A DNA stretch of 64,000 bases, from assembly GCA_964252035.1 (NCBI GenBank), contig OZ176203.1; one strand, written 5' to 3'. Under the pieces are notes generated by a model. That model had not been told where the DNA came from and ran no database searches. It saw only the letters and a list, made by a program, of their open reading frames with translations. Of the stretch, positions 1-11,728 are shown one piece after another. The stretch comes from Podarcis erhardii (lineage: Eukaryota). The position numbers were made by a program, and so were the translations under genes. How positions within the stretch are numbered: position 1 is the stretch's first letter; each line of letters begins with the position of its first letter.

Positions 1-278
1 TTGGCAACCTGGATGCAGAGGACTCCTGTGTGTGGTTCTTGACGAGCGTAGGCTTCAGATGCTAACCTAAGGTAGAGGATGGCTAATTATTTGCAGGATT
101 TGGGAAACAGATTGGAAGTTCTGGAGCAAAGGATCCAGCCAAAGCAGCCTGATAGGATCATCTGAAATCCCATTGAATCTAGAGTCTATCTGCAGGACCA
201 TCACTGTATAGGCATTGTGTAACCAGATGGCACTTTGTGGGTTGTAGACTGAGTTCTTCATTCCTAACCAGGGTTTGG

Positions 279-329
279 CCAGGTGATGTGTGCAGCCAGG
301 TGATGTGTGCAGCCAGGTGATGTGTGCAG
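279..329. repeat. 17-bp tandem repeat (CCAGGTGATGTGTGCAG)x3
   Basis: Three perfect adjacent copies with no spacers. Confidence 0.9.
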
Positions 330-330
330 A

Positions 331-499
331 TATAGGGGCGTAGGAAGGGGGGGTAGAGGGGCCAGGCCACCCCAGGTGCCACTCTGGGAGGGGTGACAAG
401 ATGGCCCCTGTCTCCCCCCAGCTGTAGAACGGCCAAGGGCGCACACAGTCCGTATGGGCTGCGCCGCCCCAGGTGCCAGAGAGGGTTCCTCCGCCACTG
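331..499. mobile_element. Probable short non-autonomous DNA element
   Basis: Imperfect terminal inverted repeats (TAGGGGCGTAGG ... CCTCCGCCACTG) and an internal repeated GCC(A/G)CCCCAGGTGCCA; no TSD found. Confidence 0.35.
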
Positions 500-1164
500 G
501 ACAGAGACACATTGTATGTCCCCTTTCCGGGCTAGTCTTATAATACTAATTAGTATGCAGGAGTCTCAGAAATTGATTTCTGGGAACCAAGGGGAGCATT
601 TGGGGGAAATGAATAAATTGATACATTTCCCCTACTATTTAGACAAGCTGGGTCTAATTTTAAGGGTCAAGACAGAATTGCGTGTTGAATGTGGAAAGTT
701 GTGCCAAGAGTAGGACATTAACAGAATAACTGATTGTGGGATATGATATATATTTCAGATATTTCATTAATTTAAGAGAGAGAGATGTGTAGAAATCCCA
801 AACTACTTGAATAATAGAGTTCATTTCTTGAATATACTTGCCTCTGCCAGAAAATGGACAACTTTCTTGTACTTTTCCTATGGGACTAGGAGGAGCTAGA
901 AAACTGACTTGAAGTAATGCCAGAGAGCTATTATGAGGCAGAAAGATAACCACAGCTATAATGGTTGGGCAAGCAAGGGTAGTGATAGGCAAATAGATCC
1001 CAAATCAAATGTACAAGTAATATAGTACATTGGGAAAGTTCCATCTGCACAGTCATGCATAATTTTGGGGAGTGTAGTGGGGATCATTCTAGTGCATTGT
1101 GTCTGAAGGGTGAGTAAGGTCAGAAAAGCAATTGGAGCAGAGCAATCAGAGACAGCAGGAAGAA

Positions 1165-1385
1165 GCAGAGTAGATAACTTTCTGCAGGAACTGATGTGGC
1201 CAAGCCCACATAGTCCAGTGTTCTGTTCTCACAGGGCTAACCAGATGCCTATGGGAAGGCCATAATAAGGACATGATTACAACATCACACTCTCCACTTG
1301 TAATTCTCAGCAACTTGTATTGAGGCATACTCTAGCAGTGGCAGTAGAACATAGCCACCATGGCTAGTGGCCATTGATTGCCTTT
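1165..1385 (+). mobile_element. Squamate SINE-like interspersed repeat
   Basis: TAGTCCAGTGTTCTGTTCTCACAG...CCAGATGCCTATGGGAAG...CATAGCCACCATGGCTAGT resembles a common lizard repeat; a related copy lies at ~44510-44630. Confidence 0.5.
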
Positions 1386-2780
1386 AAAAATATGTGGGTC
1401 AAGATTCAGTAGGAAGGAGTTATGTTCGTATGATGTCCAAAATATTCAAAACCAATACAGAACATAGACCATGTGTTCCGGTAAGAAATAAGTGAAAAGA
1501 CAGGGTTGAATCATACCTGGCTGTTTTAATCTTGAGTGTCTCGATTTTGTGATGTGGTATATACTGACATCCATCATATGTCTTATGCAAAGGGGTGTAT
1601 TTATTTATGGTGGCAGCTTAGCCATAGTATGAGATTTTTGTCCCTGAAGTTATTTTGGACAAATGTAACATAAAGTCTGGCTTTCTTATTTTGCTGAACA
1701 TCCTGATGTCTGGATTTGCGTTTGGAGGTATATTTTATTTTGACAAAGAATTCCCAATTGGACACAGGAGTGACTTTTGCTTTTGGATGGTCCACTTGAA
1801 TACCCCATTCAAGCTCATTACAAGAGAAGCTTAGCATGTTGTGAAGGCAGGTTGGAGGCATTCAATAGCAGAAGATGGCTGCCCTTGGGGATTTTATGTT
1901 CCCAGAGACTTGCATCAATTTTACAGGAATGGGAGTATGAAAATTGCCCAGGAGAGTCATTATGATTGACCTGGTGGACAGGGCTGAATAGCCCATGAGT
2001 GAAAATAGGAAGTGAAGGTATAGTACAACTGACCGGATTGTAGATGGGGACCTACCTCACACATACCTCTCCCTACAAGGTGAAAGGTTTAATTAATCAG
2101 ACCAGTGTAGCTACAGGATGAGGTGAGTACATTCCAGTTTCAACAAGATTGTTGACACCATCCTTCCTCACTGATTCTGTGATACCATGATCCAAGTGGT
2201 GGCCTGTTTAATTCAATTTCAAACTGCTGTTGTCCACTTCTCTATTCATTTACCCATGCAGATGTATATTGCCCCAAGTCTTTGAACTAGCAAGGGATTC
2301 CTTTCTTTTCTTGTGTTGCTTGACACACTGCTTTTTTTCTGGTGTTGCTGTAACACAGTGGAAGATTGGTTGCCCTAGGAAGTACCTAGCTCTCTGCAAA
2401 TGCACCTTCTGTACACAGAATTCTAAGCAGCCATCTCAATGTTTTATTCCTATCCAATCATGTTGCATTTCCAGTTCCCATTTATCAAATTAAACCGGAT
2501 CTTGCTGAACACTACTCATCAGTTTCAGACAAGGCCCAAAAGCAATATGATTTATATTCCTGGCCATCAGTTTGCAGCACTTTCTGCTCAGGCATTAAGA
2601 CATTTATTCTTGGCCACTAAGGTCATAGCCTAAGGAGCCTGGACTGTAGAAACAGTTTTTCATCTGTCTTTTTTTTTAAAAAAAAGAAATTTATAACTTT
2701 TCATATGTTGAGGAAGTTAGAAAACGGCAAAGGAATCCAAGACATCACCTGCAATGGTAAGGAAGAGTAAGAAAGGGTAT

Positions 2781-3228
2781 CCATACCCTCCAAGTGTTCC
2801 TATTTTCTAGGGACAGCCCCGAATTACAAAAACCATCCTGGCTTCTGATTTGATCCCAGAATGTCGTATTTCCCCCACCGGCTGCCACCATGCTCAAGGA
2901 GGAGGATGAGCTGGCACTTGTCCTGAGTGATGGCAGTGTTGGCTGTGAGGGATCATCCAATTGCCTCTCCATGGCTGCCACTGCCAACCTCCTCCCTTGG
3001 GCAGCTCATAGCAGCTGCTAGGCAGCGGGCAAGGAGGAGGAGAGGCCACCACCTCTGAGGCCCAGCTCCACTTGATGTGCCAGCTCTGAGAGTGCAGGGC
3101 CACCTTAGGCGGGAATAAAGGGGGAGTGGGGTGAAGCCCAAGGAATCTTGATTTTTTTGTGCATCCACTTTTAATCTTGCCCCTTTCTAAAAATTATTGG
3201 TGTGTGTTTTTCTTTTTGTAAATCTACC

Positions 3229-3269
<41 letters not shown>

Positions 3270-3451
3270 TCAGGGTTAAGGAGTTTTCTGAGGACAGTGC
3301 AGAGTGTCTGTGCTGTGTCCTATTGGTGTAGTTGTGGTGGAAATGGTCTGCCGGGGGAGGGGTACAAAAAATGGGGAGTTGAGGAGCGTCAGTTGGGGCG
3401 GGGGAGTGAGAAATGTCCCTATTTTCAGCTGAGGAATGTTGGGGGGTACAT
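2781..3451. mobile_element. Probable non-autonomous DNA transposon remnant with internal (TAA)n
   Basis: Left end CCATACCCTCCAAG...TAGGGAC; the right end reverse-complements to ATGTACCCCCCAACATT...AATAGGGAC; (TAA)n at ~3231-3268. Confidence 0.4.
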
Positions 3452-6222
3452 ACTGCATGTGTGCCGGAATTTACCAGATAGATTTTTACATTTTTCTGCT
3501 GCTCATAGGCATTGTGTTGTTGAGATTCACGAGGTCAGTAAACACAGAGCCTGTTATTTTCCTTTGTTTGTTTTGACTGCTGAAGAAGTCAGTGGTTTCA
3601 AGGTCTTCCAAGCTTCCTGCAGGCTTTGCTTTAATTGTCTGTAGCATAAATGACCAGTCAACTTCTCAAAATGCTGTAGCCAAATAGAGGCTTGCATAAC
3701 AACAGCTAATGACTTTTTTCACTATCCTGTTTTGTTCTATGGTGTGGGGTTTGCTTCCCCCACCCCACCCTGTTTGCACCCTTTCCAGTTAGCTTTATAT
3801 CAAAATGCACCAAAAAAGAGAAAGTGTTATGGTAAATGAATCCTATTTTTCAGCATGACTCACTTCTTGCTTAAAGCCCAATCCTTTCCCCTGTTGTAAC
3901 TTTGATAGCATAAACCTTCCTTGTGCCACAGCTGCTACACCAACTCGTGAAAAGAGGGAGCCATTGAGGCAAAAGAACCATCCAACAGCCTTGCTTGCCC
4001 TGGTGCTAGGTCTGTGAGAGCATCCCTTTGCAGATGCCCCACCTAAAAACAAAATAGAGCAACACAGCTGCCTCCATTGCACATGCATTTTCCTTGAATG
4101 TCTTCTGTCTCCCGGGCCCTGGGGATGGGACCAATTCCCATTACTAAAGGAAGGGACCCTGAAATAATTCCACTATCACAGCAGAGCAAACGACAAGAGA
4201 GATTAATACCTAGTTTTTCTGTACAACCACAGCAGATGCTGTACCTCTCCAACAGGTTGACTTTACACCCAATGGTGTCCTCTTCCGTGGTCTCTTGAGA
4301 CAGATGGATGCCAACACCAACAATATTGTATATTGTTTTATACTAAAACAGTCTCAAGATAATATGTATAATACAATAAATCATAATAAAAAGTATTGAG
4401 CAATCCACAATATCAATATAATAACAATCAGGGCTGATCTGGCGTAGGTGTGTCAGGAAGGCCATTTGGCAAATTCAAATTGGGACGCAGATTTATACTT
4501 GTTAATTTTTTAGCATTTGGAAAGCTTCACCATTTGTTTTTATACACATTGGATCAAAATGTGACACAATCTCTTAGCTAGAAATGCATGTGTTAAGAAT
4601 AATTTTAAAAATCTAAATTTCGCCACACTCTGTTTTTTGGTGCCTTCCTTTGTTTTTGGATTCTGTCATTTCAATTTGTATTATGGCTAGGGGGCTCAAA
4701 AGCTGGAAGTGGCCCAGGCCTCCCTCATACACTCCAACATTCCTCAGATAAAAATTGTGACATTCTATGCTACATCAGCAGAGGGTTGGGGAGGAATTGT
4801 GTGTGGAATTCGGAATTCTGCATGACAAAGTGAGAAGCCATGATGGCTTAAGGCAGTTGAAGACGTTGCTCTCTGGATCTTTGAAAGGGCATGGTAACAA
4901 TTAAACAACACCCAATAAATCCCAGACTGAGTAATTGAACATGAGCTTTGTGTTTGTTTTTATTGTGGTCCAAGTGCCATTTTATGAGGCTGGGAAATCA
5001 TACAAGTATTGGTTATGTCTACTCTTTCCCCAATAGCAGGCAGTCGAGTGGACTGTTAATGCACAGCAGTAAAAGATATTTTCTTGAACTCAGTTGGTCA
5101 TTCTGATAACATGTATTAAATTCTGCTGTCTGCGGTAGTGCCAGAAAATGAACAACAAATTGAATGAAGCCAACTTTTAAACTGCGCATTTTAAACTGTG
5201 TGCCCAGCATTGGTCTTCTGATGCCAATTGTGTCAGTCAATGTGACTTGAAATGCTTTAATGTCGTGATGTTGCATGTACATGTAAATGTTTTGTATGCA
5301 AAAAATAGTAGCTGGGGGAGGAACAAGTGAATGATTCATGGCCCTTCCAGCCCCCTCATTAGTATCACTGGATCTATGAGGACCACACTGAAAAGCTCTT
5401 AGTTTTCATTTGATTTAGAACACATTTTGATTTATTTTTTTATCAAACTAATTCAAGTCTGAGGGGCTAAAATTATACAGCAAAGCCTGCATTAGATCTT
5501 TTTCAAAGCTGTCCTTGTCTGGCAGTACAATACTTCATTAAATATCAACCTTTGTGTCAACTTGTACTGTTTTTATCACAGTAAATGTTGCAAAGAGTCT
5601 GTCTTAGCTTCAAGAGACAGAAGTAGTAATTTACTGCTGCTTAAGACCATAGGTCATAGGGAAGGAAAAAAGCATGACAGTTCATGGCATTAACACAAAT
5701 AAGATACAGTAACCAAATTGTCTTTTATTTTTCAAAGATGCAACTTAAGTTGCTAACATTAGGCACATATGACCCTACTACTTTCTATGTGTTAAACTTT
5801 AAACACATTCAGATAAAGTTATTTCCGACTATGTGCTATTGAAAGCAATGGGATTTGTTAGTCAACTAATTTGTAAAACTGGTTTCCACAGGACTTAGCC
5901 ACAGCTTACTTTATTTTTTTTTTATATATATAAATATTTATTAAAGTTTTTAAATATAAATGCACAAATAATAAACAGTCTTACTTCTATCACAGACATA
6001 ATTTCATCACTTCTTTGGACTTCCTCACGTCTCCCGCTCCCATTTACATCGTTAAAAGTTTTTTCCAAACAAATTATCAACTTGTTTACAATCTCATGTC
6101 CACTCATTCAAATATAATCTAGCACTTCTTCCAAAAAATTTTATATTTTCTTTAGTCTCACTTATCATCAAATTTCAAATCTAATTTAGTGGTGGCCAGT
6201 TTTTTATAATCTAGCATCCTTC

Positions 6223-9200
6223 TTAGCATTCAACCAAATTACAATGTTTTTGTAGATACTTCTTGAATTTCTCCCAGTCTTCCTCCATCTTCTCTTCTCC
6301 CAGGTTACGGATTCTGCCTGTCATCTCGGCCAGTTGCATATAGTCCATCAGTTGCATCTGCCACTCTTCCAGTGTGGGTAGATCTTGAATTTTCCAGTTT
6401 TTTGCGATGAGTATCCTTGCTGCCGTTGTTGCATACATAAAGAATGTTCGGTCCTTCTTTAACACCTTCTGGCCGACAATACCCAGAAGGAAGGCCTCTG
6501 GTTTCTTAGTGAAGGTATACTTAAATACCTTTTTCAGCTCATTATATATCATTTCCCAGAAGACCTTCACCTTAGGGCATGTCCACCAGAGGTGAAAGAA
6601 TGTTCCTTCGTTTTCTTTACATTTCCAACATTTATTATCAGACGAATGGTATATTTTGGCAAGTTTAACTGGGGTCATGTACCATCTATATATCATTTTC
6701 ATTACATTTTCCTTCAGAGCATTACATGCGGTGAAGTTCAGCCCAGTGGTCCACAACCTTTCCCAGTCCTCAAACATAATGTTATGCCCAATGTCCTGTG
6801 CCCATTTTATCATAACCGATTTAACCATTTCGTCTTGTGTATTCCATTTTAACAGCAGGTTATACATTCTTGATGATACCTTAGTCTTTGGTTCTAACAA
6901 TTCAGTTTCTAACTTCGATTTCTCCACCTGGAACCCTAACTTTTTATCATTTTTAAAAACTTCTTTAATCTGAGCATAATGTAACCAGTCTCGCACCTTA
7001 TCCTTCATTTTCTCCAAACTCTGCAATTTCCAATTGTCTCCATCTTTTTCTAATATTTCCCAATATTTTGGCCATTTAGCCTCCATATTGGGTCTTTTTA
7101 GGGCCTTAGCCTCCAGAGGTGAGAGCCACCTTGGAGTTTTATTTTCCAGTAAGTCTTTGTATTTTGTCCAGACATTAAACACTGCTTTCCTGACAATATG
7201 GTTCTTAAAGGCCTTATTGATCTTAACTTTGTCATACCATAGGTATGCATGCCAACCAAAAGCATTGTTAAAACCTTCCAAGTCCAACACGTCAGTGTCT
7301 TCGAGAAGTAGCCAGTCTTTTAGCCAGCAAAAAGCTGCGGCTTCATAGTACAACTTTAAGTCTGGCAGGGCAAAGCCCCCTCTTTCTTTCGCATCTGTTA
7401 ATATCTTAAACTTAATTCTGGGCTTTTTGCCCTGCCAGACAAATCTGGATATATCTTTCTGCCACTTCCGGAAGCACTCCGTTTTGTCCACGATCTGTAA
7501 TGTTTGAAACAAAAACAACATTTTTGGCAATACATTCATCTTGATAGCAGCAATTCGGCCTAACAAAGAAAGCTTCAATTTTGTCCAACTATCCAAGTCT
7601 CTCTTAATTTCAGACCAACATTTTTCATAATTATCCTTAAATAGACTCAGGTTTTTTGCTGTTATGTTTACCCCTAGGTATTTTACTTTTTTAACCATAG
7701 TTAGTTCTGTTTCTCTCTGAAACCTTTCCGACTCTGTATCTGTCAAATTTTTTCCCAACACTTTAGTTTTCTGTTTATTTAATTTAAATCCTGCCACCCG
7801 ACCAAAATCCTGTATCAGTTGTAATACTCTTTTCGTACTAGATTCTGGCTCCTGCAGAGTCAAAACTAGGTCATCTGCAAAAGCTTTCAATTTGTATTGT
7901 TTCGCTCCGACCTGAATCCCTTCCACCAACCGGTCCCCTCTGATCAAGTTCAAGAGCACCTCCAGAACCGAAATAAATAACAAAGGGGAAATCGGGCAGC
8001 CTTGTCGTGTTCCTTTTTCAATTTTGAACTCTTCTGTGACCACATTGTTAACTATTAGTTTAGCCTTTTGTTCTGAATATATTGCGTCAATCCCATTCTC
8101 AAACCCCCGTCCCACTCCCATTTCATTCAAATTTCCCTTCATAAATTTCCAAGAAATATTGTCAAAGGCCTTCTCCGCGTCTATAAAAATTAACACTGCT
8201 TTTGTATTTATATCTGTTTGCAAAAGTTCCAAAACGTCAATAATGTTCCTAGTATTTGCAAACATATGTCTACCTGGGAGAAAGCCTGCCTGGTCTTTAT
8301 GAATTACTTCATTAAGAACTCTTTTAAATCTACTTGCCAAAATGTCTGCAAATATTTTGTAATCCACATTCAGAAGGGAGATGGGACGATAGTTTTTAAG
8401 TTGTGTCTTTTCAGCTTCAGATTTTGGTATCAATGTGATAAAAGCTTCCTTCCACGATTCCGGCGCCTTCTTCCCTTCCATAATTTCATTACAGACCTCC
8501 ATCAATGGTTGGATCAGATAGTCTTTTAGTGTCTTATAATACTTGGAGGTCAGACCGTCTGGCCCTGGAGATTTGCCCAATTGCATGTTCTGGATAGCTT
8601 GTTCAATCTCTTGCTGTGTTATTTTGTTGTTCAGGATTAATCTGTTTTTTTGTGACAACTTTGTTAGTCCATTTCTTTCCAAAAATTGTTTAATCTCAAC
8701 CTCATCTTGCGGCCCTTGAGTGTATAATTTTTTAAAGTATCTCTGGAAGCACTTTCTAATTTCCGTGGGGTTCTGGATATTTCTTCCTTCAATTTCTAGG
8801 TTTGTAACTGTATTTAGTTTCTGTCTCTTCTTCAACTGCCAGGCTAGCAGTTTCCCACATTTGTTTGCCGATTCAAAAGTTTTTTGTTTCATTAATTTAA
8901 TCTTCCATTCTATTTCTTGGTTTATCAATTTGGAATATTGAGCTTGATACAATTTAATTTCTCTCAGAATCGGCTGTGACTTCGGATTTGATCTTAATTT
9001 CTTCTCCAATTCTTTGATTTTCTGCAAAATCTTATCCTTCCTTTCATTTTGTGTTCTTTTCTTTACAGTGTTCTGTTGTATCAAGAACCCCCTCATCACA
9101 GCTTTGCTTGCGTCCCAGATAGTTCTTTTTTCCACCGTAGTGTTCATATTTATTTCAAAATAATCCTTTAGAGTTTTTTGGGCCTTCTTGACAATCTCCT

Positions 9201-9963
9201 GATCTCTAAACAAGCTATCATTCATCTTCCATCTAAAGGAGCCGGTTGGCAAAAATGTCATATCCATCTTCAGCGCATTATGGTCGGAGCAGGTCTTTGG
9301 GCAGATTTCCACTTTTCTGACCTTGGGTGCCAGACCTCTAGATATCCATATTTGGTCGATTCTTGTCCAAGTCAGTTGGGCTTCAGAGAAGAATGTTCCC
9401 TCTCTTCCCAGGGGGTTCTTAGTTCTCCAAATGTCAATCCAGTCCATATTGTCAGCCATTTCAAAAAAGGTCTTTGGCAGTCTGCCGTCTTTTGTAACAT
9501 TTTGATTTTGTGACTTATCCATGTTTGTCGATACGACCCCATTCATATCTCCCATCATAATGATGTTGTTGTAGTCCAGATAGTCCAGCATAATCTCATG
9601 CAACTTCTTGTAAAATTCCGATTTCCCGTCATTTGGTGCATAAATTCCTAATATCAAAATCTTTTCTCCTTGATGTTGTATCTCAATTCCTAATATTCTT
9701 CCATGTTCGTCTTTGAATAAGAATTTAGGTGACAGGCTCTCTTTTGCATATATCACCACTCCTCGCTTCTTTACTCTGTCCGAAGATATGAATTCTTGAC
9801 CAAGTCTTTTGTTTATTAACACCTTTCTGTGGAGCCTAGTCACATGTGTTTCTTGTAAGCAGATAATATCCAATTGTTCTTTTTTTAATATATGAAAAAT
9901 TTTCCTCCTTTTTTCCGGGATGTTGCAGCCATTAATGTTCCAGCTCAAAAGTTGCAGAGACAT
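6223..9963 (-). CDS. L1 ORF2p (APE endonuclease, reverse transcriptase, C-terminal CCHC), 1246 aa
   Basis: EN motifs WNING, QETH, GIYAPN, GDMN, RIDQI, SDH; RT motifs YRPISLLN, GTRQGCPISP, FADD, YLG; CWKC-x8-H-LWWT-C; no stops. Confidence 0.97.
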   Translation of the reverse strand: MSLQLLSWNINGCNIPEKRRKIFHILKKEQLDIICLQETHVTRLHRKVLINKRLGQEFISSDRVKKRGVVIYAKESLSPKFLFKDEHGRILGIEIQHQGEKILILGIYAPNDGKSEFYKKLHEIMLDYLDYNNIIMMGDMNGVVSTNMDKSQNQNVTKDGRLPKTFFEMADNMDWIDIWRTKNPLGREGTFFSEAQLTWTRIDQIWISRGLAPKVRKVEICPKTCSDHNALKMDMTFLPTGSFRWKMNDSLFRDQEIVKKAQKTLKDYFEINMNTTVEKRTIWDASKAVMRGFLIQQNTVKKRTQNERKDKILQKIKELEKKLRSNPKSQPILREIKLYQAQYSKLINQEIEWKIKLMKQKTFESANKCGKLLAWQLKKRQKLNTVTNLEIEGRNIQNPTEIRKCFQRYFKKLYTQGPQDEVEIKQFLERNGLTKLSQKNRLILNNKITQQEIEQAIQNMQLGKSPGPDGLTSKYYKTLKDYLIQPLMEVCNEIMEGKKAPESWKEAFITLIPKSEAEKTQLKNYRPISLLNVDYKIFADILASRFKRVLNEVIHKDQAGFLPGRHMFANTRNIIDVLELLQTDINTKAVLIFIDAEKAFDNISWKFMKGNLNEMGVGRGFENGIDAIYSEQKAKLIVNNVVTEEFKIEKGTRQGCPISPLLFISVLEVLLNLIRGDRLVEGIQVGAKQYKLKAFADDLVLTLQEPESSTKRVLQLIQDFGRVAGFKLNKQKTKVLGKNLTDTESERFQRETELTMVKKVKYLGVNITAKNLSLFKDNYEKCWSEIKRDLDSWTKLKLSLLGRIAAIKMNVLPKMLFLFQTLQIVDKTECFRKWQKDISRFVWQGKKPRIKFKILTDAKERGGFALPDLKLYYEAAAFCWLKDWLLLEDTDVLDLEGFNNAFGWHAYLWYDKVKINKAFKNHIVRKAVFNVWTKYKDLLENKTPRWLSPLEAKALKRPNMEAKWPKYWEILEKDGDNWKLQSLEKMKDKVRDWLHYAQIKEVFKNDKKLGFQVEKSKLETELLEPKTKVSSRMYNLLLKWNTQDEMVKSVMIKWAQDIGHNIMFEDWERLWTTGLNFTACNALKENVMKMIYRWYMTPVKLAKIYHSSDNKCWKCKENEGTFFHLWWTCPKVKVFWEMIYNELKKVFKYTFTKKPEAFLLGIVGQKVLKKDRTFFMYATTAARILIAKNWKIQDLPTLEEWQMQLMDYMQLAEMTGRIRNLGEEKMEEDWEKFKKYLQKHCNLVEC

Positions 9964-9978
9964 CCTGAATAAATCTGG

Positions 9979-11043
9979 TTATTTTTCAAGGGGTGGTATC
10001 TTATTCAGAAGATCTTCAGGGTCCAAGGGTGCAGGTACCTCTGGTGTTTCAGGCCCTGGAAGTTGGTCAATTCCTTTGTGAAGGTCCTCTCCGTATACGT
10101 TCAGAAATTTATCTCTATCTTCCGATGTTCTGATTTTGATCTTCTTCCCTCTAAAAGTAAAAGATAGTCCTTGAGGAAATTCCCACCTAAAGATGATTGA
10201 ATTCTTCCTTAGTAGTCTTGTCAACTCCAAATAGTTAGATCTAAGATCTAGCAGTTGTTTAGGAATATCCTTGTAAATCTCAATTCTTTTGTCCAAAATG
10301 TCCAGTGACTTTCCGTAGTGTAGGCCCAAAATCTTATCCCTTTCCTCCTTTGACCTCAGTATTATCAAACAGTCTCTGGGCTTCTCTTTCTTTAGAAGTC
10401 TTCCGAGCCTAAAAGCCGAAACAATTTTAAAATCCTTTTCCTCTAAACTCCAAAATTTGGAAAATTCTTTAGTCAAAAACTCAGCTAGGTTGCCTTCTTC
10501 CACTTCTGGTATTGCTCTTATCCTTAAATTGCTCTCCCTGTTCCGCAGTTCAAGCATGGACAAATAGGTCTGATGTTCACCTACTTGTTTGCAGAGTGGT
10601 CTAACCTCTTGTTCTAAATTTTCAAGTTTTTGGCTGGTATCTTCAGCCAATTTCCGATTTTCCCCTGCAGCCTCCTTCAATTCTGCGATTGCTTGAGTAT
10701 TCTGTGCAACTTGTCCAGATAATTTATTTAAACATTCTGTGTTCTGCTCAATTTTATATGTTTGCTCATCGGCTTTCTTGTCCAAAGATTCTACTTTCTT
10801 GTCCAAAGATTCCAATTTTTCAAAAATTTTCTCTAAAATAGCAGTGCTTGCCCCTGAGGCCATATCTTCCAGTTGTAATTCCTCAGTTTCTCCCTCCCCT
10901 GCCCGAGGCAGAGAAACAGGCAGAGAGACAGCTTCCACCTCAGAAGGCAAAGTAGGCACAGATGATCTACGTGCCTGTGAGGCTGCGGTTAAAGTTGTCA
11001 AAGTTGTTTGTTTAGTTCTTCCTCTCCTTCTTGTACCACTCAT
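9979..11043 (-). CDS. L1 ORF1p (coiled coil, RRM, CTD), 354 aa
   Basis: Basic N-terminus, heptad coiled coil, RESNLRIRAIPE RRM entry, FRWEFPQGLSFTF C-terminal domain; directly upstream of ORF2. Confidence 0.92.
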   Translation of the reverse strand: MSGTRRRGRTKQTTLTTLTAASQARRSSVPTLPSEVEAVSLPVSLPRAGEGETEELQLEDMASGASTAILEKIFEKLESLDKKVESLDKKADEQTYKIEQNTECLNKLSGQVAQNTQAIAELKEAAGENRKLAEDTSQKLENLEQEVRPLCKQVGEHQTYLSMLELRNRESNLRIRAIPEVEEGNLAEFLTKEFSKFWSLEEKDFKIVSAFRLGRLLKKEKPRDCLIILRSKEERDKILGLHYGKSLDILDKRIEIYKDIPKQLLDLRSNYLELTRLLRKNSIIFRWEFPQGLSFTFRGKKIKIRTSEDRDKFLNVYGEDLHKGIDQLPGPETPEVPAPLDPEDLLNKIPPLEK

Positions 11044-11054
11044 TCCAAAGTTAG

Positions 11055-11728
11055 CTAAAAGTCAAGGTCAAGCTGAGTTGTTCCCATGAGAAAGCCACGG
11101 CCCAGATGGTAACAGTCAGCAGAGGGCCGGGAAAGGGAAAGTAAAATAAAAGTCACTGTTATAGGTCCCAAATCCTCTAGGGGGAGTTTAAAATATTTCA
11201 GGAAAGAAATCAATTTCAGTTAAAATAAAGTCAGATTTCTAAGTCCAAGAACCTTCAATAAAGAGATTTTTCAGCAGAGTTGGGGTTTAGTACAGCAACA
11301 GTGTTTCTGATGGTGCAAGCTGGTAATCCAAATGCCTTAAAGTAGCAAGTTCAAATTCTCTCAGATTGTTTCAAAGTTCAGATTCAAAGTATCCAAACTG
11401 CAAACTGCAAGCTGACAGCTCAGTTTCTCAGGCAGCTCCAGCGCCTGGGGTTTTTAGTTAGAATGTAGCTCCAAAGGGAGAAAGATATCCCCGTATAAAT
11501 TAAAATATAAAAGTCCAACACATAAAATTATTGTTCCACTTAGAGTAAAGTTCAATGGGTGCTCAGATCAAATAGTTTAAAAGATCTCTCTTTGCCTCCA
11601 CTCCTCCAGCTCTTTGCGTTCAAGTTCAATGGGAGCGGAAGACGGACTTCCTGTTTTTCGTCACTCCGCTTTCAGCCAAATTTAATATTTTAAAGTCCCA
11701 AATTGCATACAGTCAGTTGTTTACTCAC
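11055..11728 (-). other. Candidate intron in the L1 5'UTR
   Basis: Donor C|GTGAGTAA at 11728; pyrimidine tract ~11155-11121 followed by ~80 nt without AG; acceptors CTCAG| (11073) and TTTTAG| (11055), the latter 11 nt before the ORF1 ATG. Confidence 0.45.

Noticed and set aside
279-329. Repeats resembling a CRISPR array
   Set aside because: Head-to-tail 17-mers with no spacers, in eukaryotic DNA.
560-2200. Faint CR1 endonuclease/RT-like traces
   Set aside because: Too degenerate to set boundaries or confirm.
6407-9513. Several plus-strand ORFs opposite L1 ORF2
   Set aside because: Short antisense shadows of a long coding frame, many with non-ATG starts and no motifs.
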